DNA of 64,000 bases. Source: Macrostomum lignano. Taxonomy: Eukaryota. Made by a program: the position numbers and the translations under genes. Where the stretch lies: NCBI GenBank assembly GCA_002269645.1, contig NIVC01000175.1:186001-250000 (forward strand), written 5' to 3'. The notes beneath the pieces were generated by a model that had not been told where the DNA came from, made no database searches, and saw nothing but the letters and a program-made list of their open reading frames with translations. Below, piece by piece: positions 35,101 to 49,326 of this stretch. Within the stretch, counting starts at the first letter, position 1. Every line of letters starts with the position of its first letter.

Positions 35101-37104
35101 TGAGATTTGTGTGAGATTCGGGTGAGATTTGTGTGAGATTCGGGTGAGATTTGTGTGAGATTCGGGTGAGATTTGTGTGAGATTCGGGTGAGATTTGTGT
35201 GAGATTCGGGTGAGATTTGGGTGAATGTGGTCAAAATTTGGCCAAGTACTATTTCGGCAGATTAAAGGGATTTAATGGCCAAAATGGTAAAAATAGCCGT
35301 ATTTTATCAGCGTTTGAAAATTCTTTCCACAGCATTGAGTTTCGTTGCTCAGAAATGTTTTCGTGGTCTCAAATTGATTGAATAAAAATTTGGGGTCTAA
35401 CAATCTGCTCTCTCTCTCGCCCCAGTTTTTCTTTATAATCCTTTTCCAAAAGCTATAGGCCACAATGTGAATTGCAGCAATTTTAACACCTATAAGGTAA
35501 CCTAGCCAGATCAGTTTACAACTAGAAGTTAAGTCAATTTTAAAGGGCCTTTCTGGCTCCTGTTTGATTGTTCTGTAATCGATCTGAATTCATGCCTCTT
35601 TAATAGGCTCCGCTGAGGTGTGAGAAAATGCAGGCTAAATTCTCCCCTGAGACCCCTGTAATAACAGGATTAAGAAATTCAAGACACAATTTCTGCTGCC
35701 CCATGTAGAGAAACCGAATACTTGAGAGAACAATTTCTTGAGAATATGACGGTTTTTTGCTTCAACATCACAATTGAGTTCTTTACCCCCTTTTTCAATA
35801 TAGTATTATCCTAGCTACAAAATGGGCCCGGAGCTAGCCCTGTACCACGTGGTTTAATACCATTGTTTACACTCCCACTGCCCGCCAGACCCTGAGCCCC
35901 TGAGAAGGTTGGTAAGAAAATAATCCCATCTAATAGGACTTCATCAAGTAAGCTTTGCGGAATTGAACAAATTTTATATAACTGCTGTGATGACAAGTCG
36001 TTGACTTCTGACTCTCGGCGGGTTCCACAGGGCAAACACAGCTCAGTATAAATGCATGGGAATGAAATTAACAATCTTCCCCATAGGCCAAAGACTGAAT
36101 TTATAGTTTCCTAGAGACCGCTTGTCAATACGAGTACACACGCCAGTTTTGATGGGATGTTTGATTTTAGTCAAGGTTTTTTGATGTGGAACAAATATCC
36201 TCTCCATCTGTGTTCTTGACAACTGTTTCCTGAGAACGATCAAACTCGAATTAGGGTTTGAAATGCAACCAGCAATGACTTGTTGGAATGCTTGTTGGAG
36301 TTTGCCTTCGAGAAAATGTTTTAACTCAAAGAAATAATTTGGGCTCCTCATCGAATGGCCTCATAGAATACTCGTAGCGCTTATACAATGGCGGTTATAG
36401 AATGACGCTCATAGGATGACGTTCATAGGATGACGCTCATAGAATGACGCTCATAGGATGACGTTCATAGGATGACGCTCATAGAATGACGCTCATATAA
36501 TGACGCTCATAGGATGACGTTCATAGGATGACGCTCATAGGATGACGCTCATATAATGACGCTCATAGGATGACGTTCATAGGATGACGCTCATAGAATG
36601 ACGCTCATAGAATGACGCTCATAGGATGACATTCATAGGGTGACGTTCATAGGATGACGCTCATAGGATGACGTTCATAGGATGACACTCATAGAATGAC
36701 GCTCATAGAATGACGCTCATAGGATGACGTTCATAGGATGACGTTCATAGGATGACGTTCATAGAATGACGCTCATAGAATGACGCTCAAAAAACGGCGC
36801 TCATGAAATGACGCTCAAAGAATGACACTCATACAGTTTCCCCACCAACTCGTTCTCTAACCAATAGGTGAAAATCTGGTTTCAAAACCGACGCATGAAA
36901 TGGCGCAACTCCAAGGAGCGCGAACTCCTGACCTCTTCGTCCGGATCGTCGGTCAGGAAAGACTCCTCGTCAATTGCGGCTGGTTCAGGCGCCGCCAATG
37001 TTGAATGTCTGCAGGATACCGGGAGACCCGAGAGCTTTGAATACGAAATGCAGTTGGCTGGCGAGACAGCGCCCGACCCCCAAACGATGACGACCACTGA
37101 TTGA
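30773..37104 (+). CDS. DBX: Dbx (developing brain homeobox) NKL-class transcription factor; exons 30773-31019, 31973-32161, ~34215-34699, 36868-37104
   Basis: Homeodomain RRGMLRRAVFSDQQRKGLEKMFQRQKYISKPDRKKLADKLGLKDSQ|VKIWFQNRRMKWRNSKERELL matches the Dbx family; eh1-like LKFGMSAILG in exon 1. Splice phases are compatible. The exon 3 acceptor could be 34215, 34221 or 34227. Confidence 0.93.
31080..31800. repeat. 19-bp minisatellite (CTAATAAACTACCATCTAC)n in Dbx intron 1
   Basis: Visible directly. Confidence 0.95.
32262..32720. repeat. 21-bp GGCGCC minisatellite in Dbx intron 2
   Basis: Same family as the 12280 array. Confidence 0.9.
34840..35225. repeat. 22-bp (2x11) minisatellite GAGATTCGGGTGAGATTTGTGT
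   Basis: Visible directly. Confidence 0.85.
36400..36830. repeat. 14-bp minisatellite (AGGATGACGCTCAT)n
   Basis: Ends just before the Dbx exon 4 acceptor. Confidence 0.9.
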
Positions 37105-37419
37105 TTGATTTATTGATATAGTAATTTTATTGTCTTTGTCTTTTACTCTATGTTTAAGTTAAAGTAATTACGTTTCATTTTCATAAACAGTTTTAAACAT
37201 TTTTGCCGCGTTTGTTTCTCTTGTCGTATATAGAAATTCGTCATTGACCTCCTATATTTGTATTGTAGTCAGTTTGCCTTTTCTTAGTTACTATCGCTGA
37301 CCATGTACATCTATTATCCTATTAGCTTGTTTAAGTTCGCTTGCACTTATAATTCTCCGCAAGGGATACTGTTTCTTAGAATCAATGTAAATACACGCAG
37401 AAGTAGGTTTTTCAAACTT

Positions 37420-37940
37420 TAATGTCAGTCAGCATCAAACTTGGGTTGTCAGTGGGCTGTCAGTCAGCATCAAACTTGGGTTGTCAGTGGGTTGTCAGTC
37501 AGCATCAAACTTGGGCTGTCAGTGGGTTGTCAGTCAGCATCAAGCTTAAGTTGTCAGTTAGCATCAAACTTGGGCTGTCAGTCAGCATCAAACTTGGGCT
37601 GTCAGTCAGCATCAAGCTTGGGTTGTGTCAGTAAGCATCAAGCTTGGGTTGTGTCAGTCAGCATCAAACTTGGGTTGTCAGTCAGCATTAAACTTGGGCT
37701 GTCAGTGGGTTGTCAGTCAGCATCAAACTTGGGTTGTCAGCAAGCATCAAGCTTGGGTTGTGTCAGTCAGCATCAAACTTGGGTTGTGTCAGTCAGCATC
37801 AAACTTGGGTTGTCAGTCAGCATTAAACTTTGGGCTGTCAGTCAGCATCACATTTGAGTTGTCAGTCAGCATCAAACTTGGGCTGTCAGTGTCAGTAAGC
37901 ATCAAACTGAGCTGTCAGTGGGTTGTCAGTCCGCATCAAA
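37420..37940. repeat. ~24-26-bp minisatellite GTCAGTCAGCATCAAACTTGGG(T/C)T
   Basis: Visible directly. Confidence 0.85.
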
Positions 37941-39139
37941 TTGGGCTGTCAGTAAGGGTCCCGCTTCCATGTCAGTGGGGTGTCAAACGCGGGTTGTCAG
38001 GCTTGCATGTGACGCTAGTTTAAAATACACAATGGCACCAAAATATTGTTTCTTTTCGCTCATCTGCTTACAAAATGATGGATGCTTGAGCTGATTATAA
38101 ATCTAGCAAATTAATTAACTTAATACTTAATCTTCAAGTTAAAGGCTTATTTTTTTGCTGAATTTCGCATTGTTATTAAACATATTTTGATGGAATATTT
38201 CTGCTATATTAATAATAATCTGATTCCATAACGGAAATCCTTGGGAATTGGCGTTTAGCTAAAGTATATAGATCCATTTAATTGCAGTCATCAATCTTAC
38301 AGCTGTCGATTCAATCAAGGCTTAGATGAGGAAAAATTCATTTTCGAAAACTGACACATTCGACTCGCACTCAAACCTCTCCCGCCTCTAGCGCTTTAAT
38401 TGCCTTTCCATCAAAATTTGGCGCAAATCTTCTTCTTATAGAATTGAGCGGAGGCTCTCAAGTGCGTCAAACCTACAGGAGCCGCACTGTGTATGAAAAC
38501 ATGCGGCATGTATGCAGGGGATGTTGATGATTAAATTACAGTAATTCGTCTTTATGAAGTAGACAGAGGGGTAGATGATGAGCAGTAGATGTGTCAGATA
38601 CACACGCAGATTTGATTGAATGATAAGCAATCCCTGTTATCGGCATTGATGCAAGTTTAGTTAACAGTCTCCATGCTCGAAATAGACAGAGAGATGACAC
38701 ACGCGTTACGCGGGTTAAATACACAGTTTATATGTTGAACACATTTTCTCCATGCTTTTATAATAAGATATTTACGCAACTAAGGCCTTTATTTAAACAA
38801 GAATTGAACCCCCCCCCCGATCAGCGCCCGTAGCGTAGCCTAGTAACAACACGGCGCAACACACAAAAACAAATATGACGCGGCCGCTAAAAGGTGTTTG
38901 AAATGAGGCTAGCGGAATATCAATATACAATTTTGTATCTTATGGGCTACAGGTGTCAAGTCTAATTATTATAGAGCGCACATGTAAACTAATTAACGTG
39001 TTAAATTAATTTTACGTTGCTATACAACTAATAGACTTGTATAGAATTTGTTTGTGGCTTTTTATATAGAATTATTGTTTTAATTACAATTGATATGTAA
39101 ATATATAACTTATAGTAGCAATCTAATAAACATGTATCT

Positions 39140-39590
39140 TAAGAAGCCCAAATGGCATTATTAGTGGGAGGCCAAATGGCATTAGTGAGAGCCAAAATGA
39201 CATTAGAGAGAGCCAGAATGGCATTAGAGAGAGCCAGAATGGCATTAGAGAGAGCCAGAATGGCATTAGAAAGAGCCAGAATGGCATTAGAGAGAGCCAG
39301 AATGGCATTAGAGAGCCAGAATGGCATTAGAGAGCCAGAATGGCATTAGAGAGCCAGAATGGCATTAGAGAGCCAGAATGGCATTAGAGAGCCAGAATGG
39401 CATTAGAGGGAGCCAGAATGGCATTAGAGGGAGCCAAAATGGCATTAGAGGGAGCCAGAATGGCATTAGAGAGCCAGAATGGCATTAGAGGGAGCCAGAA
39501 TGGCATTAGAGGGAGCCAAAATGTCATTAGAGGAAGCCAAAATGGCAGAGAGCCAAAATGGCATTAGATTAGAGAGAGCCAAAATGGCAC
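39140..39590. repeat. 19-21-bp minisatellite GAGCCAGAATGGCATTAGA(GA)
   Basis: Visible directly. Confidence 0.9.
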
Positions 39591-40479
39591 TTGATATGCT
39601 AAACTGCAGTCTAGTGTAAATGATAGGTTAAAGATGCTGCTATTTTGATGATTTTTAAAATTTTTAAAAGTTCACTTACTTTTGACGCAGTTAAACTACA
39701 AATGCATTGTTAACTCTTCATCTTGGGGTCTTTTTTAAATGAAATAACTAAGACAATCAATCCACCATTCCTCCAAATATTTTAACGCGTTAAACAAAAG
39801 CTACAATTACAAAGCAACAACTTTGTTACTACTGATGACACGGGACTAATGAGTAGTGTAACAGATTTATTAAACTAAAAATGTTTGAAATTTAAGTGCA
39901 CAATAGTCATTTAGTTATGAAACGAACTTAAAGAAATTAAATTAGAGAAAAAAGAGAAATTCATTGCAATGTACATTAGAAAGGTAATTAGAATATTGTA
40001 GTTACTGTACATTACATTATATAGGATACGCAATTAACAAGTTTATAGCATAGTAGGTAAAACAACACTGAATTTGGATTCGCTACAGAGGGGATAACAA
40101 AAATATGACAGATTATTACTAATATGTACATAATCTCTGGAACAGAATTAAGCAGAGTCGGTCGGGTTTAACGTGTCAGTGGTGGGGATACAGAGAAACG
40201 CGCGCGCATATTGATACAATGTGAGAACAAGGCGATGAAGGCTTTTAAAAAATAATTAATATATTTATATGACAGAATATGAACTATGAACATTGCCCAG
40301 AAGCTTATAGCAGTCAAATAATTAACATTAGAACGCATTTAAGTAGTATAATATATGCAGCTGGGTTATGCAGGAATGGGAAGGGGATTTAGAGATCGGA
40401 TTTAGATTATTAGAGATTAGATAGAAGAAAAAAAGAAATGAAAGATATTGAACAGATTAAACGAGTTTACAGACAGAGT

Positions 40480-40970
40480 GGGAGATTTGAGATGGGGAGG
40501 TCGGATATGGGGAGTTTAGATATAAAGAGATTATATATGGCGACAGAGATTGGAGATTTGGGTGAGAAATTAGATATGGAAAGAGAGATTGGATGAAGAG
40601 AGATTAGATATAGGAAGAGAAATTAAGTATGGGGATAGAGATTAGATATGGGGAGAGATTAGATATGGGAGAGATTAGATATGGGGAGAGATTAGATATG
40701 GGAGAGATTAGATATGGGGAGAGATTAGATATGGGGAGAGATTAGATATGGGGAGAAAGATTAGATATGGAGAGATTAAATATAGGGAGAGAAATTAGAT
40801 ACGGAAAGAGAGATTAGATATGGGGAGAGAGATTAGATATGGGGAGCGAGATTAGATGTGGGGAGAGAGATTAGATATGGAGAGATTAGATATAGGGAGA
40901 GAAATTAGATATGGAAAGAGAGATTAGATGTACGCGAAGAGAGATTAGAGATGGGGAGAGATGAGAGTTA
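40480..40970. repeat. Degenerate GAGATTAGATATGGGGA array; reverse-complement partner at ~41500-41960
   Basis: The two arrays lie in inverted orientation around the last zinc-finger exon. Confidence 0.75.
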
Positions 40971-41085
40971 ACATTTGAGCGCAAAAAGCCGAGGCGATAA
41001 GATAAGTGATAAGAGCAATTAACAGACAACACCAAAGCGTTCACCTCAAGTAAAACATTCCCGCGAAAATTTCGCGCAGCCGCCA

Positions 41086-41630
41086 TCAACCAAGGATGAC
41101 CTCCTCGTCAGCCTCGGGCACCTCGACTGTTTCTAAGAAATGTTCGCGCACCTGCCGACCATGATCGAACCCAGGGTCCAGCATGCCGACCGGTGCCCGT
41201 CCGAGTTGATTTCGGAGTTTCCTTGGCCTACCAACCGATCGAGTGGTGGCAGCGGCGGACGAGATGATGGCCGTTGGGGACACCCCAACAGGCAGCTGCT
41301 GGCTTGGCTTGGTGTGGGTCAGAGCGTGGGTCCGCAGGTTCGTTCTCTGGCCAAACCGCCGGTCGCAGACCTTGCTCGGGGTAGAATAGTAGAACAATGA
41401 TTCTTTAATAATTAAACATGGCCTTTAATAGTATTATTAATTTAAATACATCCTTTTTACAAAATATTAAAAATAATCTCTCCCTACTTCTAATTTCCAT
41501 CTAATTTCGAATCTATCCCCAATTCTCTCCCTATCTCTAATCTCTCTTCATATCCAATCATCTCTCATGCAAATCTCTAATCTCTATAAACAAATATAAT
41601 CTCCCCACATCTAATCTTTCTCCCTATCTC

Positions 41631-41717
<87 letters not shown>

Positions 41718-44700
41718 TCTAATCTCTCTCTTCATATCTCTAACCTCTATCTCTATCTCTAATCTCCATCTTCATATCTAATCTCTCTCTCCCTATCTCT
41801 AATCTCTATCTCCATACCTAATCTCTCCACCAATCTATATCTCTCTCCACATATCTAATCTTTCTCTTTATATCTAATCTCTGACCCCATGTTTTATCTC
41901 TCTTCCTATAGTTAATTCTCTCTCATACCTAATCTCTCTCCCAATCTCTAATCTCTGTACCTGTGTCCAATGCCTCACTCTGCACAAAGCTATCTAAATC
42001 ATGAAACCCCAATAAAATTATGCAATCACCTGACACTTGAACGGCTTCACTCCCGTATGCGTCACCATATGCTTGTTAACGTCTCCCTTGTCAGCGAATC
42101 GTTTCTGACAGATCGGACAGGGGAACTGCCTCTGACCGGTGTGGCAGGTCAGGTGTCGGCGCAGATTAGTGTGCTGGTGAAAGCACTTGGCGCAGTAGGC
42201 GCACTGGTAGCATCTCTGATCCCCTCTGCCGCCTGTCTTCCTCAGCCGATGCACCGACTTGACGTGGTTGGCCAGCAGATGGGATTCAGCGAACGCCGAC
42301 TGGCAAATGGCACAGATGCACGGCCGAGAGAACGACGAGCCGGAGCCGACTCCGACATCATCAGCCATCGGATCGTCGCCATCCTCGTCGCTGGCATCAT
42401 TCTCGTCGTAGCCGTCGGCTTCATCGGAATCATCTTGAGCAGACTGGTGCGCGTCCTCTGAGTGTCGTTTGAGTCCAGCCAGGCTGGGGAACCACCGACC
42501 ACAGCGGGGGCACTCGTAACTGCCCGGATGGCTCAACAGGTGCCGGCGTAGTTCAGCTTCATCAACAAACCGACGATCGCACAGGGTGCAACGAGGACCG
42601 CTAATATTTTTATTAATATTACTATTGGTAGTAGTATTATTATTAAGACTTCTAAGCCGACGCTGCTTCTTTGGAGACGAGCCAGCCTCTTCTCCTTCAT
42701 CACCTTGATCGGGCCGATCAGCAGTCGCAACTTCGACATCGTCAGCCGACTGTCCGCGGCTGCTGAATTGCAGCAGACGAGAGTCGCGCAGATGGGCCTG
42801 ACGAACGTGGCGGCTCAGGTATTCAACGCGAGCGTAGCAATTGCCGCACAGACGGCACTGGAATCGCTTGCGACTGCCTTCGGGTAGAAGCACCAGGGCG
42901 CTCTGCAATGCGTCGTGAACTGACAGAGGCTCCTGATTAGAATTAGCTTCATCACCTGGTTCCTTATCAACCAGTTCCGTTGGAGCTTTTCTAGGCGAAC
43001 TGGACATTGCGGTGAAGCCTTCTTGGGCCGCTACCAGAGCGCGAACCTTGAGAAAAAGAAGACAAAATATTGTTTTGATTATTGTGCTATGTGGTATTAA
43101 TTACTTAGCTCACGGATTTAGCTTCAGATGTGGCGCCAAATATACCCTTACCCTTCTCTCTCTTGTAGCTTCAGATCTGGCGCCAAAAATACCCTACTCT
43201 CTCTTTTGTAGCTTCAGATCTGGCGCCAAAAATACCCTACTCTCTCTTGTAGCTTCAGATGTGGCGCCAAAAATACCCTACTCTCTTTTGGAGCTTCAGA
43301 TGTGGCGCCAAAAATACCCTACTCTCTCTTGGAGCTTCAGATGTGGCGCCAAAAATACCCTACTCTCTATTGGAGCTTCAGATGTGGCGCCAAAAATACC
43401 CTACTCTCTCTTGGAGCTTCAGATGTGGCGCCAAAAATACCCTACTCTCTCTTGTAGCTTCAGATGTGGCGCCAAAAATACCCTACTCTCTTTTGGAGCT
43501 TCAGATGTGGCGCCAAAAATACCCTACTCTCTCTTGGAGCTTCAGATGTGGCGCCAAAAATACCCTACTCTCTTTTGGAGCTTCAGATGTGGCGCCAAAA
43601 ATACCCTACTCTCTCTTGGAGCTTCAGATGTGGCGCCAAAAATACCCTACTCTCTCTTGGAGCTTCAGATGTGGCGCCAAAAATACCCTACTCTCTCTTG
43701 GAGCTTCAGATGTGGCGCCAAAAATACCCCACTCTGTATTGTAGCATCAGATCTGGCGCCAAAATACCCTACTCTGCATTGGAGCTTCAGATGTGGCGCC
43801 AAAAATACCCCACTCTGTATTGTAGCATCAGATCTGGCGCCAAAATACCCTACTCTGCATTGGAGCTTCAGATGTGGCGCCAAAAATACCCCACTCTGTA
43901 TTGTAGCATCAGATCTGGCGCCAAAATACCCTACTCTGTATTGGAGCTTCAGATGTGGCGCCAAAAATACCCTACTCTCTTTTGGAGCTTCAGATGTGGC
44001 GCCAAAAATACCCTACTCTCTCTTGGAGCTTCAGATGTGGCGCCAAAAATACCCTACTCTCTCTTGGAGCTTCAGATGTGGCGCCAAAAATACCCTACTC
44101 TCTCTTGGAGCTTCAGATGTGGCGCCAAAAATACCCTACTCTCTCTTGGAGCTTCAGATGTGGCGCCAAAAATACCCTACTCTCTCTTGGAGCTTCAGAT
44201 GTGGCGCCAAAAATACCCTACTCTCTCTTGGAGCTTCAGATGTGGCGCTAAAATACCCTACTCTCTCTTGTAGCTTCAGATCTGGCGCCAAAATCACGGG
44301 TCCTCTCTAGCTTCAGTCTGATGTCAGAAAACTAATTAGAATTGGAAAACTGGCATAACTAAAGTTAAAGACAGGTACAAACCGCTAACCTGACTGCCAA
44401 CGCTATCCGACAATCTTTTAGAAGCGGTTGCAACCCGAATAGTCGATATTGGCGCAGTGGAGCTAACGGCAGTTGAATTAGTTGACATTGACACTGGTTT
44501 CACAGCCGATCTGGGTATGCTGATAACACAGCAATTATTTCTTCGTTCCACTGTAATACCACTAGACGAAGTTGTAGCTGTATTGTTAGTAGAACCTACT
44601 ATGCTACTAACAGTAGCTGGAGTCACTGCACCAACAGATTTTGACACTGTAGAACCGGAGGCGTCCGACAGTCGAGTAATTTTAGTTCCAACACTATCAT

Positions 44701-44845
44701 TTGATGGTTCAATTTTCACTTGGACTACAACTGGTTTAGAAGTGCCACCGCCCACGCTGGAGGCAGTGCTGAAGTGGCGAACCAGTGGAGGCGATGCAGA
44801 AGAAGAGACTATTTCAACTCTTCTTGCTGCTGCTGTTGAAGACAT
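41086..44845 (-). CDS. C2H2 zinc-finger transcription factor with 7 fingers; exons 44845-44390, 43046-42030, 41370-41086 (further 5' exons possible)
   Basis: Phase-0 GT-AG junctions; the last finger is split FKCQ|VCDRRFGQRTNLRTHALTH; linkers HTGQRQF and HTGVKPF. An acceptor just upstream of the 44845 ATG suggests an upstream exon. Confidence 0.88.
43120..44290. repeat. 41-bp minisatellite (GGAGCTTCAGATGTGGCGCCAAAAATACCCTACTCTCTCTT)n
   Basis: Near-perfect tandem array filling a zinc-finger intron. Confidence 0.95.
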
Positions 44846-45660
44846 TCTTTTTGGTTTGCTTCTGTAGACTGTAGAATTATTGAGTCAATTTAGCATGAAA
44901 TTACAAAAAGTTACCAATTGTACTTTTGAATATTTTAGTGAGAAGTTAATAAGTTATTTTTCAATTTCACAGAGTACAAAGTTTTCTAGAAGTACGGACT
45001 ATTTTTTTGCTCAAACTTTTGCTTTAGATAAATTCTCAAAATTATTGAAACCTGCAAACAAGAATCTAACTTGAACATTTTGGAAACTATGTACATTAAG
45101 GCCACCAAAAACAAACTTAAAGAATTAATTTGCAGGGAATGGTAGAAGCCAACTACTGAATGCATTCTGAGGTATGGAGGTACTTGTTTGTAATGTACCC
45201 TTCAATCGCTTTACCCAACTGCACAATTTTCTATCCTTGCAATCCAAAATGTCTATCAACTGTCTTTTATTTATCCATTGGACTATATATATTTACCATC
45301 TTTCTCTTTGATCTTTCAATTAAAAAACTTTTAGTTGTTCATAAAATGTATTGCCTTGACAATGCCTGCTTTGGTTATAATGCATTGGCTTTCCAAATAA
45401 TGTTTGTCTTGACCTTGGAGATAATTTTTCAATAAAAATATAAATAATTACCACATATTGATTCTAAAGTCCATTCAGGTATTACTCTAGCAACGAATAT
45501 TTTGTGAATAGAGTGCAACTTTAGAAATGATTAATATGTTCTATAATGGCAAGTCCAGAAGAAAGCAAATATAATTTTTTCAATCAACAAAGATTTTTGT
45601 GCTAAGTCACTATTATCTTTTTAAGTGCAAGGAAATGTTCTATAATAAGAGAAAAAGAAG

Positions 45661-46018
45661 GGGGCCGTAGCCCAGCGATAGTGTAGCTGCTCTGGTATGC
45701 CAGTGGCACAGGCTCAATTCCAAATGCAGTCACATTAATTTGGGGCTGAATTGGAATCTCGGCTTGGCTTTGCTTGTGCAATTAACGGCCTTGAGAGCCA
45801 ACCCCCCAAGGCGCAGTGAAGTGTACATGCCTAACGTAAATATAAAGTTAGGGCCGCTGTACACTCCTGTGTGAGTGTGTGCCTGCGTATGTATCCGCGC
45901 GCTTGTGTGCCTGCTCAGGGGAGTCGGCGGAATAAGTAGTAATGCCTCTTGTCGGATGTGTGCCAATGTCGCTTAAAGTGCACCAGGGTGCACACAACCC
46001 CCCTGCCTCTAATAAAAA
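45661..46018 (+). mobile_element. tRNA-derived SINE, copy 2
   Basis: Aligns end to end with 1906-2271; 17-bp TSD AATAAGAGAAAAAGAAG (45644-45660 / 46019-46035). Confidence 0.9.
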
Positions 46019-49000
46019 AATAAGAGAAAAAGAAGCAATATGGACTTTAGAAATGTTCTATAGTTAAGAGAAAAAGAAGCAACTAAATAGCAAGTAAGCA
46101 TTTTTTACTTAGTTACATTTTATAAATTTTCATTTAATATTAAATTAGTATATCACTAAGTAAAACATGAAACTTAAAATGTTAATTTAAAGGCACCATT
46201 TAAAAAACATAGACTCTTTAAACAGGACACTATGGTTTATAGATTTTTTAAAAGTAGCTCATAGTTTTTAATTGCCTTTCTGATAAAAAAAATTATTTTA
46301 TAGTACAAACTAAAATAATTTATCACCAAAGGGTTTTGAACCCTTTTTTAGTGATTTTTTAAAATTCAAATTCTGAAACTAAGCTTATATACTATAATGC
46401 TAGCAAATTTCATATCTTTATTATATTTTTGGCCTTGCTTTTTTGTCAAACTTTTATCTAAGTAGTATCTTTACTAGTTACTTTGGTTCTATTTTGTTTT
46501 TGTCTATATTCTACCAACCATACATGTGCAACCTTGGGAATCACTTGGCCATTTCTATTGGCAACACACACATGTAAGTTGCTATTGGCTGAGAGCAGTC
46601 ACATGACTACTATTCCGTGCAATAATGACTTACATGTATGTGTGTTGCCAATAGAAACAGCTAGGTGAATCCTTAGGTTGCTACCAATTATTGATAGTGT
46701 CTTGAATTTTTATGCAAAATATATGATTATTGTTGTTAATCAATGCTATATATCTTATAATATGTATCTAGTTTTGGAGTTGCCATTTTTTATATATTAT
46801 ATATTTTTATATTACTTGCTAAACTACTACTTTTAGAGCCATAACCATGGTGACCAAGTCCCATTGGTACTAGTCCTCTTATATTAGCCAATAGAATAGA
46901 AACACTATAACAAAAAATGAACAATGATACTAACTATTTCATGTTTGACTTATAGGTCCTAGGTCTTAACCCTTAAATTTTAGCTGCCTACCTGTTCTTC
47001 TTACCTATTTTGCATGCACACAATCATGAATACAAGATCCTTTTAAGTTTTTTTTGCTTTTTTTCTATTTATTTATGTATTATATTCTTTTTTTTATATT
47101 TTTAAGTTTTTAAAAATGAAATATTAATTGCAATTATAATATACAAAAATCAATTCATACTATGTGAAAAACTAAAAGCTTTTATTTGTAAAAAATCTGT
47201 TTTAAATATTTAGTTTTGTCTAGTCTAACAATTATATTAATAATTAGTTGTCTAATATAATGTAACTAGATAACACTCATAGGCCTACTTCTTATAGATT
47301 TGAATAGAATTTTATTTAGGTAGGACCAAAAATTAGTTTTTAACAAAACTTATATACTTCTATAGTCTAACCTTCTTACTACTTAGGCTAGGCTAGGCCT
47401 AGTTTTTATTCTAAGTCATATTTATTCTAAATTATTCAAAATCTAGGCTAGCCTACTTTATAAAATCTTAGGACTAGTACTAGGAGCCTAATAATTCTAG
47501 TTGTAACTTTATGCCCCTTAATTACCAAATATTATATGATAAAATTTATTAAATCAAATGATTTATATCATCGCAAAATTATTTTCTTTACTTTCTATAT
47601 TTGACAAAAGTTTTCCAATTTAATCTTAACTCAAATGTTACTTTTTTTATTCGTAAATCTATAGGCTATACTCTGGGTTTTTTAAGGTTGAAATCTAGTT
47701 GCCAACTGGCCTTTGGCTTGGGGCTCAAAATCTAGTTGTTAATGCCAATGGCTATTTTTAGTTGCCTATTGGCAATTAGGTTAGCCAAATTATTGAGGAT
47801 AGATAGGGGGGCCTATTTCTAAAGCTCATTAAGCATGTATGCATTGTTGACTGTTTGGCTTTGGGAATGAGATTGTCTGGGACTTGTTATTGACATTGTT
47901 GATTTTTGCAACTTAGCTTAGTATTTAAGCCAGTTTAATAAATATCAATATCTTTTATACCTATAACTCAAATTGGCAACTGGCACAGGAAAAATCAAGT
48001 TGCCAGATAGGCCTCTGCTGCCAAAAATCCAGTTGCAAATGAGATTTTCAAAAGGCCAAAAAGGCAAAAACACTGCATGGCCCAATAAACCCAGCTCATA
48101 ATTATAATAAATGTAATAATCCAAAACCTTTTAAACTATAATAATTTACAATAGCCAATTGAAAGGCTTATATTTGTAAGAAATTTATTGCTTTTACACT
48201 TTCTCTTTAGTCACAATGACACAAGTAATCTGATCTGATCTGATTTTAAGGATAGGCCTATTTAGAATTCTTACACTTAAACTGCCTTAGGCCTTTACTT
48301 AACTACTTTAGGAAAATTGGTAGGCCTAAAATTTAAAAATTTTATAGCCTAGGGGTGTAAGGCCTAAGGGCCTACTCATTTGACTTTTGTTTAGGTTCTT
48401 TTTCATGTTATAGCAAATATAGGCCTAAACAAAGACAATATTTTTAAAAGTAGGCCTCTAAAAGTCAAAGACTGCGCCTACATAACGATTGTTTATAAAC
48501 TACTATGTTATTTGGTGTAGTCTTCATCTAAAAACTTTGACAGTACAAAGATGAAGATGATTATGATAATGTAAAATTAAAATAATGACTGGGTTTTGCC
48601 TGGTAGATTTTTTCCGCGAAACAGTTTTCTTCCGTTATTGTAAAATATGTTCAGTATAACAAATCTTAAATAAACTAAAAAGCATATTTAAGTAAAAAAG
48701 CATTTTTTTATTTATTTCGATTTTGTATTCAGTATTTAAAATGAAAGTTACATTTTTTTCTTTATGTGTGATATTTAAATTAATTTACAAGACTTGCAAG
48801 CTGAAAGCCTGGACTCTGTGCATTCCCGTCTTTGGTCAGCATTTTTAATTGCTGCTATCCAATTCTAGAATGCGCTGTGAAGGCTCTTGTATCAATGCTT
48901 GAAATCGCATATAACTTGCGAATCGGTAATTTTCAAAATTTCTCAGAAGTCAGTTTAGTTTGAAATAAAATAAAACAATTAATATCTATATACAGGCCGG

Positions 49001-49326
49001 CTCTTTCTCTCACATATTACCGGTAGCTAGTAGTAGCTTTGATATTATGTCAAATAAATCCATACAGTTTGGTTTAAAACCATTATAAAATTTATTGGAG
49101 CATTTTTGGCCAGCCGAGTTAATGGCATCGATAATCTAAAAAATCAGCCTTAAGGCCAGTCGTAAATACATGTAAATAGACGGAAGTTGAGAGAGGAAAA
49201 TGTCGAGGGGTCAGGCAATACATGTATGTATCAATATTGTCTGACTGCTAACAGATGTACATCGTTCGTTGCAAGTGTACACGTACGTTACATATAGCAG
49301 AGAGAAAGCAAATTCACAGCATCTGA

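Noticed and set aside
41950-41996. Extra 33-nt micro-exon in the zinc-finger gene
   Set aside because: AG/GT sites exist, but inclusion would split the CQVC finger; the direct 42030 to 41370 splice gives a perfect finger.
43120-44290. Regular 41-bp (and other 36-42-bp) arrays as CRISPR arrays
   Set aside because: Units are head-to-tail with no unique spacers, there are no cas genes, and the context is eukaryotic and intronic.
46100-48900. AT-rich stretch with frequent AGGCCT/TAGGCC words
   Set aside because: No periodicity, ORF or terminal structure; treated as ordinary intergenic or upstream DNA.
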